Part shown: piece after piece, positions 16,806 to 26,660 of the stretch | Numbering within the stretch: position 1 is the first letter of the stretch | How the letters are laid out: the number at the start of each line of letters is the position of its first letter | Assembly (NCBI GenBank): GCA_018896875.1 | Contig: JAHILT010000017.1 | Location: forward strand, 1 to 52,494 | Length of the DNA: 52,494 nucleotides | From: Patescibacteria group bacterium | GTDB lineage: Bacteria; Patescibacteriota; Minisyncoccia; UBA6257; 02-FULL-45-10c | Direction of reading: 5' to 3' | The notes under the pieces: generated by a model | Seen by the model: only the letters and a program-made list of their open reading frames with translations | Told to the model about the DNA's origin: nothing | The model's database searches: none | Program-made: the position numbers and the translations under genes

Positions 16806-18176
16806 TTATTCTTTGTTAATTATTTCTTTTATAGCTAATACTTTTTGATTTAAATTTTGGTTTTTACTTATTTCTTCAGATATTTTATTATAAGCGTAAA
16901 TTGCAGTTGTATGATCTCTTTTTCCTAGTTTTTCACCTATGGATGGATAAGACATGCCTAAAATATCTCGCAAAAGATACATAGCAATTTGTCTAGGTTC
17001 GGCTACGCTGTTTTTTCTACAACGCCCAGTAATATCATTAGTATTAATATGGAAATAATCAATTACGGCCCTAATTACCTGAGAATCACTGACGTTTTTA
17101 GTTGGCTGTTGGATTGTTTTATTAATAATATCTTCAACTTCTTTAGCGCTAAGTTCTGTATTTTTAGTATTTTGAATAAATAGAATCTTATTTAAAACAC
17201 CCTCTAATTCTCTTAGATTTTTTTGAACCTTAGAAGCAATTATATCAATTATATTATCAGACAAATTTAAATTTTTATCTTGAAGTTTGGTTTTTAAAAT
17301 AGCTGTTCTTAATTCGTAGTCTGGATATCCAATATCTACTATCATACCTCCCTCAAATCGTGATCTTAATCTTTCTTCTAGTGTTGGAATAAATCTTGGT
17401 GGTCTGTCAGAAGAAATAATAATTTGTTTATTATTTTCATATAGAGCATTAAATGTATGGAAAAATTCTTCTTCGGTTTTTTCTTTGCCACCAATAAATT
17501 GAATATCATCAATAATTAAAACATCAACAAAACGGTATCGTTCTTTAATGTCTTCCATTCGTTTGTTTCTAATCCCCCAAATTACTTCACTAGTAAATTT
17601 TTCTGAAGAAACATATTTTACTTTTACCTTATCATCATATTCTTTTTTTATTTCACTTCCTAATGCTTGAATAAGATGTGTTTTTCCAAGACCTACTCCT
17701 CCATAAACAAAAAGAGGATTATATTTTTTACCAACATCTTTTATAACAGCTGAAGCGGCAGCATGAGCCAATTCATTAGACGAACCAACAATAAAAGAAT
17801 CAAGAGTGTATCGTGGATTTAAATTAGTCTCTGGGTCAACTCGTAATTCTGCAAATGATTGTTGGAATTTTATATCAGGCTCAATTACTTTTTTCTGTTT
17901 ATTCTTAATATTTTGATTATTAGAAGAGTTTTTGTTCTCTACAATATATTCTATTTTTTTTGTTGAACTATCAAGGTTTCTTAAAACAGAAAGAATAATT
18001 TTATTATATTTATTCTCCACCCACTCTTTAGCAAAGTTATTAGGGAAACTTACGAAAACAACACCATCTTCTTTGTGAGTTAGTTGGCTATTTTTTAGCC
18101 ATGTAAGAAAATTAGGGCGAGATATTTGTAACTCTACTTCACTAAGTGTTGATTGCCAAAGGTGTTCTAAATTCAT
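16806..18176 (-). CDS. dnaA: Chromosomal replication initiator DnaA
   Basis: YNPLFVYGGVGLGKTHL, IDDIQF, EEFFHTFN, RLRSRF, RQIAMYL, RDHTT. Confidence 0.98.
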   Translation of the reverse strand: MNLEHLWQSTLSEVELQISRPNFLTWLKNSQLTHKEDGVVFVSFPNNFAKEWVENKYNKIILSVLRNLDSSTKKIEYIVENKNSSNNQNIKNKQKKVIEPDIKFQQSFAELRVDPETNLNPRYTLDSFIVGSSNELAHAAASAVIKDVGKKYNPLFVYGGVGLGKTHLIQALGSEIKKEYDDKVKVKYVSSEKFTSEVIWGIRNKRMEDIKERYRFVDVLIIDDIQFIGGKEKTEEEFFHTFNALYENNKQIIISSDRPPRFIPTLEERLRSRFEGGMIVDIGYPDYELRTAILKTKLQDKNLNLSDNIIDIIASKVQKNLRELEGVLNKILFIQNTKNTELSAKEVEDIINKTIQQPTKNVSDSQVIRAVIDYFHINTNDITGRCRKNSVAEPRQIAMYLLRDILGMSYPSIGEKLGKRDHTTAIYAYNKISEEISKNQNLNQKVLAIKEIINKE

Positions 18177-18410
18177 TTTTAAAACTTCTTAATTAATTTA
18201 ATTCTATTACTGTGCTGGAAATAGTCAAACAGTAAAAATATAACAATATGTTAGCTTTTTGTGGAGAACTTATTTAACACTGACGTCATATGGATTATTT
18301 ACCACTTGGTTTAATTACATTGTAAGGCTTCTTGTGATGGTTTTCAATAAGAATTCTAAAATTATTAAGACATCTTGTTTTTAGTATTTAAATTTGTTAA
18401 TCTTTTTTGT

Positions 18411-18545
18411 ATGTCAATAACCTATCAACCAGCAAAAAAGAAAAGAGCCAGAACTCACGGCTTTTTAAAACGCTCTAGAACTCCTGGCGGCAGACGCGTG
18501 ATTGCTAATAGAAGAGCAAAAGGAAGAAAAAAGCTCACTGTATAA
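18411..18545 (+). CDS. rpmH: 50S ribosomal protein L34 (missing from the ORF track)
   Basis: [44 protein letters not shown]; divergent from dnaA, upstream of rnpA. Confidence 0.97.
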   Translation: MSITYQPAKKKRARTHGFLKRSRTPGGRRVIANRRAKGRKKLTV

Positions 18546-18547
18546 AA

Positions 18548-18618
18548 TAGTGGGCTAGCGACTAGTAGTTAGTGGTTAGTATTTTTTCAAATTTCTAGTG
18601 GCTAGTGGCTAGTTACTA
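18548..18618. repeat. Degenerate CTAGTGG/CTAGCGA heptamer tandem array (also at 3471-3501, 9890-9921, 15370-15424, 41071-41090, 41350-41388)
   Basis: ggctagcgactagtagttagtggttag ... ctagtggctagtggctagttactaa, period 7. Confidence 0.7.
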
Positions 18619-18633
18619 AATTTCTATTCTTTT

Positions 18634-18999
18634 ATGCTTGCAAAGAAATATCGTTTGCCAATTCAATCTGTTTTACGTAAAAACGGCCATAGTTTTAAAA
18701 GTCGTTATTTTTTGTTTAAAGTTTTTTCCCGCCCAATAGAGCTGGACACCACCCAAAAAACAGATTTTAATCGTTTTGGCGTTATAATCAGCAAAAAAGT
18801 TTCTAAGAAAGCTACGGATAGGAATCAATTGAAAAGAATTGTTTTTGATTTTGTTAAGAAATTTATTTTTTCGCAAAGTAAAAATAAAATTGGTAAATTT
18901 GATATTTTAATTATTCTTTCTCCGGGTGTGGCTAAATTAAAAAAAATAGATATAATAAAAGAACTCAACGAATCTTTATCTAAGTGTTTAAAAATTTAA
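18634..18999 (+). CDS. rnpA: Ribonuclease P protein component
   Basis: MLAKKYRL, RFGVIISKKVSKKATDRNQLKR; position after rpmH. Confidence 0.93.
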   Translation: MLAKKYRLPIQSVLRKNGHSFKSRYFLFKVFSRPIELDTTQKTDFNRFGVIISKKVSKKATDRNQLKRIVFDFVKKFIFSQSKNKIGKFDILIILSPGVAKLKKIDIIKELNESLSKCLKI

Positions 19000-19024
19000 A
19001 ATTTAAAATTTAAAATTATTTGTT

Positions 19025-19726
19025 ATGTTTCATACTTATTTATATCTTCCTCTTTTAAATAGTTTAATATTTTTATATGAAAATATTTCTTTTGGAAGCT
19101 TTGGACTAGCCATTATTTTACTCACACTTCTTATTAGATTTATATTATTTCCTCTTTTTTATAAAAGTGCCAAAAGTCAGCTGGTGATGCAAAAGCTTCA
19201 ACCGGTCATACAAAAAATTCAAAAAGACAATAAGGACAATAAAGAAAAACAAGCGCAGGAACTATTAAGTCTCTATAGAAAAAACAACGTTAATCCTTTT
19301 ATTAGTATTTTAATGGTTTTTGTGCAACTTCCTATTCTAATCGCTCTTTATCGTCTTTTTATGTCTGATTTCTCTGCTTTGCCGATAGCAGAGCTATATA
19401 GCTTCGTAAGTCAACCAGAACATATAAATACTATGTTTTTAGGGTTGATAGATCTTAAAAGTCGCAGTATGCTTATGGTTGGATTAGCGGCAGCTGCTCA
19501 ATACTTTCAAGGAAAGCTAACTTTGCCAAAAACAAATAAAAAGAACAAGGACTTGTCTACTATAGAAAGAATGACTAAGCAGATGGTGTTCTTTGGTCCT
19601 ATGTTTACAGTTTTAATTTTATGGCAACTACCCTCAGCGTTAGGATTATATTGGTTAATAACTTCTGTTTTTTCTATAATCCAACAGATTTATATAAATA
19701 AGAAAATTAAAGTAGCAGTTAATTAA
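19025..19726 (+). CDS. yidC: YidC/Oxa1 membrane protein insertase (short form)
   Basis: FGLAIILLTLLIR, KLQP, VNPF, VQLPILIALY, LPSALGLYW. Confidence 0.95.
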   Translation: MFHTYLYLPLLNSLIFLYENISFGSFGLAIILLTLLIRFILFPLFYKSAKSQLVMQKLQPVIQKIQKDNKDNKEKQAQELLSLYRKNNVNPFISILMVFVQLPILIALYRLFMSDFSALPIAELYSFVSQPEHINTMFLGLIDLKSRSMLMVGLAAAAQYFQGKLTLPKTNKKNKDLSTIERMTKQMVFFGPMFTVLILWQLPSALGLYWLITSVFSIIQQIYINKKIKVAVN

Positions 19727-19746
19727 TTGAATTTTTACTATCTGAT

Positions 19747-20190
19747 ATGAGTAATATAGAAAATGTTAAAAATAAAATAGAAGAATTTTTGCAAATAGGC
19801 GGATTTAAAGATTTTTCTATAACAGCTGATACCGAAGGAAAAAGAATATCAATATTTATCCATGATTTAGATATTAGAAATATGTTGCCCGAACTTATTT
19901 CTGATTTTGAAAGAATCGGAAAACTTATTTTAAAAAGACTAGATGTTTTTTCAGAAGAAAATTTAATTTTAGATATAAATAATTATAGAAGAGAAAGAGA
20001 GGATTTGATTTCTGGACTGGCTAAGGCTGCAGCTAGGAAAGTTTTATTAAATAAAGAAGAAGTTAAATTACCAGCTATGAATGCTTACGAAAGAAGAATT
20101 ATTCATGTAGAGTTAGCTACAAGACCTGATATTAAAACAGAAAGCTATGGAGAAGGACGTGATAGATATATTATTGTAAAGCCAATATAA
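19747..20190 (+). CDS. jag: Jag/KhpB-like R3H-domain RNA-binding protein (no Jag_N domain)
   Basis: LDINNYRRERE, LPAMNAYERRIIH, TESYGEGRDR; follows yidC. Confidence 0.85.
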   Translation: MSNIENVKNKIEEFLQIGGFKDFSITADTEGKRISIFIHDLDIRNMLPELISDFERIGKLILKRLDVFSEENLILDINNYRREREDLISGLAKAAARKVLLNKEEVKLPAMNAYERRIIHVELATRPDIKTESYGEGRDRYIIVKPI

Positions 20191-20257
20191 TACTAAGACA
20201 ATTTCCAATACCCAATTACCAATTTCTAAATTAAGAATCAGAAATTAGAAATTTTAC

Positions 20258-21418
20258 TCACTCAAGCTTGAGCGAGTAAAGTTTATTATCATAACGGTTT
20301 ATAAAAAGAAGGGAGTCATCTTTAATTTTCAAATTATAAATATCTAAAGCTACCTCGCTTCCATCAAAAATTTTAGAAATAGTTTCTTCGGAACGATCTA
20401 TCATAAAAATATCGTCAATGAAATACTCAGCTTTTTTATAGTAATCATCAGGCAGAGTGATGCCGTCTCTAATATTTTTTGGCACTCCACAATAAATTTT
20501 TTGGGATTCTATAAGACATTTTTCGGGCATACTTAAAAAAGTAAAATTAGCAGTGGTGTTTCCAAAATTATCAATCAAACTTAGTTTTGGTTTTCTTTCA
20601 AATACACCCATTTTAATACCCGAATCTCCGTTTTTATCCCAATTAATATTTAGTCCGTATTCTCCGTCAATTAAGGTTTTTAATGTTTTTTGTTCTAAGT
20701 TAAAAGAGTAAGCATATCCTCTTGATTCAATTGATGAATCTCCATAAAATAATAATTCGGAATCTTTTATCCAATTCAATCTTAATCCAACTTGACTCAT
20801 TTCTTGTATTTTAGAAGTTTCTTGGCTAGTTAAATCTAGTATATTAAGATTATTTTGGTCTGTATAAGCAATTTTTTTAGAGTCAGGAGAAAAAGAAGCG
20901 GAGATAGTGTCAATCGGAAGAGGCGTCCAATTAGTAGAACTAGCAGAAAAAATACTTAAAGTTGGCATTTGAGGGTAATTAAATTCTGCGACCGCAAAAG
21001 ATCCGTCATTAGAAGCCTTTATATTGTGTAGATTGTTTAATGTTTGCGAAATTACTAATTGTCTAGTGCCATCATTATTTATTCTGACTATTTGTCCATT
21101 TAAATTAGCAAAATAAAGACTATTTTCTTCAGGGTTGGACCAATACTCAAAAACAGGAGAATTTACCAAAATAGAAAGTTTTTGAGCTACAATCTGGGGT
21201 TCCTGACTAATTATATCTGTACCGTCTTCTTCTATAGGTTCAACAAAATCATCATCGTCAATATCAATTATGCTAGTAATTGGTGGTTTTCCATAGTCAA
21301 TAATATTTTTTATTCCCCCTTTACTATCAAGCCATTGCCAAAAATAATAACCTCCTGCGATTAAGAGAATAATAATCAATACAATAGCCATTATTTTCAC
21401 AAATTTTTGATAGTTCAT
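20258..21418 (-). CDS. Membrane-anchored beta-propeller-like protein
   Basis: N-terminal TM; WD40/TolB-like FSPDSKKIAY; last gene of the secretion cluster. Confidence 0.7.
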   Translation of the reverse strand: MNYQKFVKIMAIVLIIILLIAGGYYFWQWLDSKGGIKNIIDYGKPPITSIIDIDDDDFVEPIEEDGTDIISQEPQIVAQKLSILVNSPVFEYWSNPEENSLYFANLNGQIVRINNDGTRQLVISQTLNNLHNIKASNDGSFAVAEFNYPQMPTLSIFSASSTNWTPLPIDTISASFSPDSKKIAYTDQNNLNILDLTSQETSKIQEMSQVGLRLNWIKDSELLFYGDSSIESRGYAYSFNLEQKTLKTLIDGEYGLNINWDKNGDSGIKMGVFERKPKLSLIDNFGNTTANFTFLSMPEKCLIESQKIYCGVPKNIRDGITLPDDYYKKAEYFIDDIFMIDRSEETISKIFDGSEVALDIYNLKIKDDSLLFINRYDNKLYSLKLE

Positions 21419-21424
21419 ATTGAA

Positions 21425-22495
21425 TTATTTTTTAATACATTTTCTGTCTTTTGATAATTCGTATCCTTCGGCACATTCATCGCATTCCATACCTTCTCCG
21501 GTTCCGTAGGTTTTTTTACTTTCGTCTCCTCCTATAGTTACAGATGCGCCGAAACTTCCTCCTGCGCTTGACCACTTAATACAACCTTCAGGTGCTTTAA
21601 GATTAGCTTTGGTATTATTTTGTTCTTCGTCAATATATCTTCCGGTTGGTGCAAGCGTGTCTAAATTAATCACTTCCATTGACGGATTAGCCAGATTAAC
21701 TAAATTAGGATTAATTGTGTAGAGTATTAAATAAGCGCCCATTAATAAGGCTAATCCTAATATAGCTTGCAACATTTGATCTTTAGCGTCGTCTTTGCTG
21801 GCAAAATTTCCAGCTGAAAGTGTATAACGTACAGCTCCGAGGATAAGGAATAATAAAGCTGTTAACCCAGCAATCATTAATCCGAATTGATACAACCTAG
21901 CAATATAACCTGCTGGAGTGTCGGATTTAGGACATTCTCCCAAGCTAGGATTACAAGGAATTTCGACTCTCATTTCATATGGGACTATAGGAGCGGATAA
22001 ATTTGAAAGGTCGGTTGTTGCTTCTAGGTCTTTTGCTCTTACAATTTTTGTTGGTGGGACAATACATCCTAATATTTGATTTGGATTTTTAGGGTCATAA
22101 TATTTCATTTTTGGAAGGTCACAGACAAATTGTCCATCTACAATCTTTCCCCCCTTTTCCAAACAAACCGTAGGCTTAGATGCGTCTCCTAAAGAAAATC
22201 CATATTGTGCTTTGATTACTGTCTGCCACCAAGCATTATCCACTACAAAAGTTTGATAACTACCCGTAGGACATTCAAGCGCTACTATTTTCTCTCCTTC
22301 TTTTGTGTCCCTATCTTCTTGTATTTTTTCTGGTATGTTTTTTGGTATTGTCTTATCATCGGTAGGTAAACCTATTTCTGACGGGAGATTTTGGTCTATC
22401 GCGTCTTGAGCAAAACTCGTTTGAATCAACCCAAAAAACAAACAAAAAATCACTAGTATTAATATAGGATATTTGATTGTTTTTTTATTTTTCAT
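21425..22495 (-). CDS. Extended pilin (TrbC/VirB2-like two-helix pilin domain) with Cys-containing extensions
   Basis: LYQFGLMIAGLTALLFLILGAVRYTLSAGN...DAKDQMLQAILGLALLMGAYLILYTINPNL. Confidence 0.78.
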   Translation of the reverse strand: MKNKKTIKYPILILVIFCLFFGLIQTSFAQDAIDQNLPSEIGLPTDDKTIPKNIPEKIQEDRDTKEGEKIVALECPTGSYQTFVVDNAWWQTVIKAQYGFSLGDASKPTVCLEKGGKIVDGQFVCDLPKMKYYDPKNPNQILGCIVPPTKIVRAKDLEATTDLSNLSAPIVPYEMRVEIPCNPSLGECPKSDTPAGYIARLYQFGLMIAGLTALLFLILGAVRYTLSAGNFASKDDAKDQMLQAILGLALLMGAYLILYTINPNLVNLANPSMEVINLDTLAPTGRYIDEEQNNTKANLKAPEGCIKWSSAGGSFGASVTIGGDESKKTYGTGEGMECDECAEGYELSKDRKCIKK

Positions 22496-22516
22496 TTTAT
22501 TTTTTATTCGTATATA

Positions 22517-23269
22517 TTACCTTATATCCAAACTAATATAATCTTTGGCGAATTGTAATTGGTCGGCTAAATTTTGAACAAAAACCCTAATACTTATACT
22601 AGAACCTTCTTTTACTCCACCTTTTGTATCCATAGCAAGATTTAAAATATCTGATTTATCTGCTTCTCCAATAACATCTAAGCCATTTACGGTCCAATTT
22701 ATTTTTAATTCTCCGAGATTAGATATACCAAAAAAATAAGGCAACACCTGAAAAGTGTTTTCTCCGATATTAATTGTTTTATTTTGATAAGGAGTATTAA
22801 TAACTACTTCGGGACTAGAAGATGGAATAGTAATTATAGCTCCTAAATCAGTATTTTTGTATTTAGAATCTTTATAATTAGGAATTGATATTTCAACAAA
22901 TTGATCTATATTTCTAACAGCCGTAAATTTTATATTTTTTAAACCAATGCCTGATTTTAAGAAATTATCGTTTACATACCATTCTATTTCTTGATTAGAA
23001 ACATCTATAAATTTACCATTATCTAAAACATCAAAACTGATTTCTATATCAGAATTTTTACTAACCAAAATTTTTCCTTTGTAATCAGCTGGCACATAAT
23101 TGATTGCTTTCCAAGAAATTAAAAAATCAAAATCTGGGTTGGTTGGCATAGAAAAATCAGGCAATGCAATCTGTGCTTTAGTTTTAACAGATGGTCCCAT
23201 AATCAAACCAATCAATGAAAGACAAACAAAAAGCAATGAATATTTTTTTATGAAGTTGAATATTTTCAT
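22517..23269 (-). CDS. Exported hypothetical protein (Ig-like)
   Basis: Signal peptide; WKA..YVP..YKGK and W.VN beta motifs. Confidence 0.7.
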   Translation of the reverse strand: MKIFNFIKKYSLLFVCLSLIGLIMGPSVKTKAQIALPDFSMPTNPDFDFLISWKAINYVPADYKGKILVSKNSDIEISFDVLDNGKFIDVSNQEIEWYVNDNFLKSGIGLKNIKFTAVRNIDQFVEISIPNYKDSKYKNTDLGAIITIPSSSPEVVINTPYQNKTINIGENTFQVLPYFFGISNLGELKINWTVNGLDVIGEADKSDILNLAMDTKGGVKEGSSISIRVFVQNLADQLQFAKDYISLDIR

Positions 23270-23287
23270 TTATCTTTTAATTATAAC

Positions 23288-23680
23288 TTATTTTTTACTA
23301 ACAGGCTTAGTTATTTTTCTTGCTTTTTTAATTTTTTCAACAACTTTTCCTATTTTAGTTCCCCCTGAACGATCAAGGAATATTATAGTAAACCAAAGGA
23401 ATGTGGACGGGACCAACGAGCCTATGTATGGAATTACTTTTATTCCGTTGACTGCTAAATTAGTAAGCCATACCTCGGGACCCATTTTTTTTATGACAAC
23501 AAAATAAAATTGACTTATAGACGTTCTTGTAAGATCCATTATTCCGAAGTCGTCTAGGGCGAAAAAAAACAAAATAAGATCAATTGCATCGGAGATTAAG
23601 TAAAACGGAGTGATAAAAACTATTTCAGTTATTGAAATTTTTGGCTCGGAAATTTCTATTGTTTGTTTTTGATCAATCAT
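23288..23680 (-). CDS. Small membrane protein, translationally coupled to VirB4
   Basis: ATGA overlap with the VirB4 stop; hydrophobic segments, IPYIGSL motif. Confidence 0.7.
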   Translation of the reverse strand: MIDQKQTIEISEPKISITEIVFITPFYLISDAIDLILFFFALDDFGIMDLTRTSISQFYFVVIKKMGPEVWLTNLAVNGIKVIPYIGSLVPSTFLWFTIIFLDRSGGTKIGKVVEKIKKARKITKPVSKK

Positions 23681-25401
23681 ACATTACTCTCTCGTTGTTT
23701 TAAAATTTGCTCTGGTTTGGTTGTTATTATTTTGTCTTCTAAATATGAAGCGATAACTTTTATAGCTACATGATTTAGTCCGGCAAAGAATAATCCTTCT
23801 CCTATCGCTGCGTCAAGAAGTAAGCTTTTTTCGCCCTCAGTTAAATTAAATGATTTAGTAACCATATCTATTGTTGCGGGAGATTGTTTCAATAAGAGTT
23901 GGAGAGAAGAATTAGTTACAATTGGTCGTCCATAAGGCGATTTCAAAAAGTCTTCTACGTCCTGGGTAATAGTAGTTAATCCTAAATAATATTTTCTGCA
24001 TCTTTTTGCTAAACCAAAAAGGAATGATGATCCGTCATCGTATTTCATTAATATCCATGCCTCATCTATTATTAATATTCTTTTTTTTAATTCTGCGCGG
24101 ACAAGATCCCATATAAAATTCAAAATAATATACATTGCTATTGGTCTAAGCTCTTCTTCTAAGTCGCGGATAGAGAATACGATTAAACGATTTTTAACGT
24201 CTATATTTGTCCGTTGATTAGTGAATCCAGCATAACTGCCACTAGTGTATTTATACAATCTTTGCGCCAGAATTTTTCCTCCTTCCATATTTTCCAATAT
24301 TTTTTGCAAATCTTCTAAGAGAGGAGGAGTAGATTTAGAAAAATCTTTGCCAGTAGCGATGTCGTGGGACGCATATGTTTCAGTAATTGATCTGTCTAAA
24401 ATAGAATCTTCTTCTGGCGTTAATTTTCCCATCATAAGTTTTAATAAGCCAGCCAAGTTAACTATATGAGATCTTAATGTATCATCAGGATCTTCGTCTT
24501 TAGGAACAACTGGAAGATCAAAAGGGTTGATATGATTTTCTGATGCTAAAGAAACTTTAAAATAACTACCACCAACAGAAGATGCTAATGCTTCATATTC
24601 ATTTTCTGGATCTATAATTAAAACATCTACTCCCATCATCAATAATCTTAAGGCTTCTAATTTTACGGCATATGATTTACCACTACCAGCCTTAGCGAAA
24701 ACAACCATATTAGCGTTTTCTAAAGAGAAACGATCAAAAATAATTAATGTATTATTACTTTGATTTATACCGTAAAGTATTCCTTCTTCGGAAGTTAAAT
24801 CTGCTGAAGTGAATGGAAAAAATGAAGAAAGAGGTCCTGAATTAAGAGGCGCGTGAACAGCAAGTTTATCTTCCCCTAAAGGAATTGAAGAATTAAATCC
24901 TTCTATTTGCTGGAATAAAGAAGGTTTTACATAAACTAGTCTACTTTCTAAAAGATTTACTATTTTATTTTCTAATTTATTTAGATTTTCTAGATTATCC
25001 GCGTAAATGGTTATATAAACACCAACATTGAAAAGTCGTTCTGTCGCTTGTTGAAGAGAATCCCTTAGGCTTTCAACATCTTGAAAGGCGGTTTCTAAAA
25101 GAGGATCTCGCACGACTCCCTTGCCTTGTTTTTCGTATATTTGTGATTCAACTTGAGCAGCTTTTTTTCTTAATTTTTTTAAAGCTAGATTAGTTTCAAC
25201 AGGATGAACAAAAATAGAAACATCAATTAAATCAGGCATATTAATGACAGAAGAAAACCAACCAGTAGAAAGATAACGAGGATAAGAAAAAATAAATAGT
25301 GTTTTGACTAATTTGTCTCCAAGTTTCAAAAAATTAGAATTAACTTCTAACGCCGCAGGAGCGATTAAATCTATGATGTTTTTATTGTCGTTATTTTCCA
25401 T
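23677..25401 (-). CDS. virB4: VirB4/TraC-like type IV secretion ATPase
   Basis: NANMVVFAKAGSGKS Walker A, IIDPENEY, INPFD, IIDEAW Walker B, RKY...TITQDVEDF. Confidence 0.9.
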   Translation of the reverse strand: MENNDNKNIIDLIAPAALEVNSNFLKLGDKLVKTLFIFSYPRYLSTGWFSSVINMPDLIDVSIFVHPVETNLALKKLRKKAAQVESQIYEKQGKGVVRDPLLETAFQDVESLRDSLQQATERLFNVGVYITIYADNLENLNKLENKIVNLLESRLVYVKPSLFQQIEGFNSSIPLGEDKLAVHAPLNSGPLSSFFPFTSADLTSEEGILYGINQSNNTLIIFDRFSLENANMVVFAKAGSGKSYAVKLEALRLLMMGVDVLIIDPENEYEALASSVGGSYFKVSLASENHINPFDLPVVPKDEDPDDTLRSHIVNLAGLLKLMMGKLTPEEDSILDRSITETYASHDIATGKDFSKSTPPLLEDLQKILENMEGGKILAQRLYKYTSGSYAGFTNQRTNIDVKNRLIVFSIRDLEEELRPIAMYIILNFIWDLVRAELKKRILIIDEAWILMKYDDGSSFLFGLAKRCRKYYLGLTTITQDVEDFLKSPYGRPIVTNSSLQLLLKQSPATIDMVTKSFNLTEGEKSLLLDAAIGEGLFFAGLNHVAIKVIASYLEDKIITTKPEQILKQRESNV

Positions 25402-25425
25402 AATTAGTTTTTAATTTAACTTTAT

Positions 25426-26079
25426 TTAGCTCTTCTTTTCTATAGTGCTTGGATTATAAAGATTACGGAACAAATCAGAAAGCTCCTCGTCATTCAAAGG
25501 AATAGTTCTAAGCCCAACCTGATTGAGCCCGTCTATTACTTCGTTAATTCTTAAATCTAATTGTTCTAAATATTCTTCTTCTGTTTTCTTTTTGGATTCT
25601 ATTTCTGGTTTTTTAGTTCCAAACAAACCAAGCACCGCTTTTTTTAGTCCAGAGCCCGCCTTAGAAATAGATACAGGATCGAATGGTACTACAACAAAAA
25701 AATTTTTTGACATAATAGCATTTTGAGCCACGAACGCTTTTATAAATTCTCTATATTCAAAAATTTGATTTTTTAAAAGCTCATTAGTTTCTTGGCTTTC
25801 GCGTTTTTCTACTTTATCAAGATAGTTTTTGATATTTAATTTTCTAGAATGTATAAAAAATTGGAGTGTGAAATCTGATGAATTTAAAAATCGTTGAAAA
25901 GCGTACGTAATCATTTCTTGCTCTTCATTAGATTTTAAATCAAAATTTATCCCTGAAACTATTAAAATTTTTCTATAAGAGCCATTTTTCAATTTAATTA
26001 CTCCATTGTTAATAGACTCAATGTTTATAAATTGTTGAGTTGATAAAGATGCTGGCGATGATTGTGGTGTATTAGGCAT
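25426..26079 (-). CDS. VirB4/TraC N-terminal-like accessory protein
   Basis: STQQF, SGINFDLKSNEEQ, FFVVVP; lies between PrgI and VirB4. Confidence 0.72.
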   Translation of the reverse strand: MPNTPQSSPASLSTQQFINIESINNGVIKLKNGSYRKILIVSGINFDLKSNEEQEMITYAFQRFLNSSDFTLQFFIHSRKLNIKNYLDKVEKRESQETNELLKNQIFEYREFIKAFVAQNAIMSKNFFVVVPFDPVSISKAGSGLKKAVLGLFGTKKPEIESKKKTEEEYLEQLDLRINEVIDGLNQVGLRTIPLNDEELSDLFRNLYNPSTIEKKS

Positions 26080-26137
26080 AAAGTAATTATAAAATATTAA
26101 ATAGAAAAGTTCTAATTAGATTAATTTTATTAGTTGA

Positions 26138-26650
26138 TTATTTATAATCAATTCTTCTAGCTATTTCTTTTTCTCCTGTGATTTTTCTGAAAACTTCATA
26201 TTGTTCTTGATGAGATTTGGATTGGTTGAAAATAGCTGGATGTGTGGTTTTTTCGCGTTTTGGGATAGGCGTTTTTGAGGTAAGAAGACGTTGCCAGATG
26301 TCTCCTAATGGTTTTTTAGACTCAGTGGATTTTTCAATTTCTTTGCCCTTTTGAATTTCAGATGATTTGATTTTTGTTTTTTTCCAAAGGTAAAATTTTG
26401 GTTGCCAAAAATAATTAATACTAGACGCAACTATTTTGGGCAATGGTATTCCATTGATTTTGGCTATAGCCAAAGAAATTGTTATTGTATTTATTGGTAT
26501 CGTTAAAAATACCCAAAGCCAGAGATTTAGGAAAAAGAATAAGAAAAATGTTAAACCTGCACCCATAGCAATATATACAAATTGCTTCAAGGTAAATGGT
26601 CCTATAATTTTATCTTCTGTTTCTATGAATTGAGGAACTTGAAATTGCAT
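26138..26650 (-). CDS. PrgI family (VirB3-like) membrane protein
   Basis: MQFQVPQFIETEDKIIGPFTLKQF followed by two TM helices. Confidence 0.88.
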   Translation of the reverse strand: MQFQVPQFIETEDKIIGPFTLKQFVYIAMGAGLTFFLFFFLNLWLWVFLTIPINTITISLAIAKINGIPLPKIVASSINYFWQPKFYLWKKTKIKSSEIQKGKEIEKSTESKKPLGDIWQRLLTSKTPIPKREKTTHPAIFNQSKSHQEQYEVFRKITGEKEIARRIDYK

Positions 26651-26660
26651 AAATTGTAAA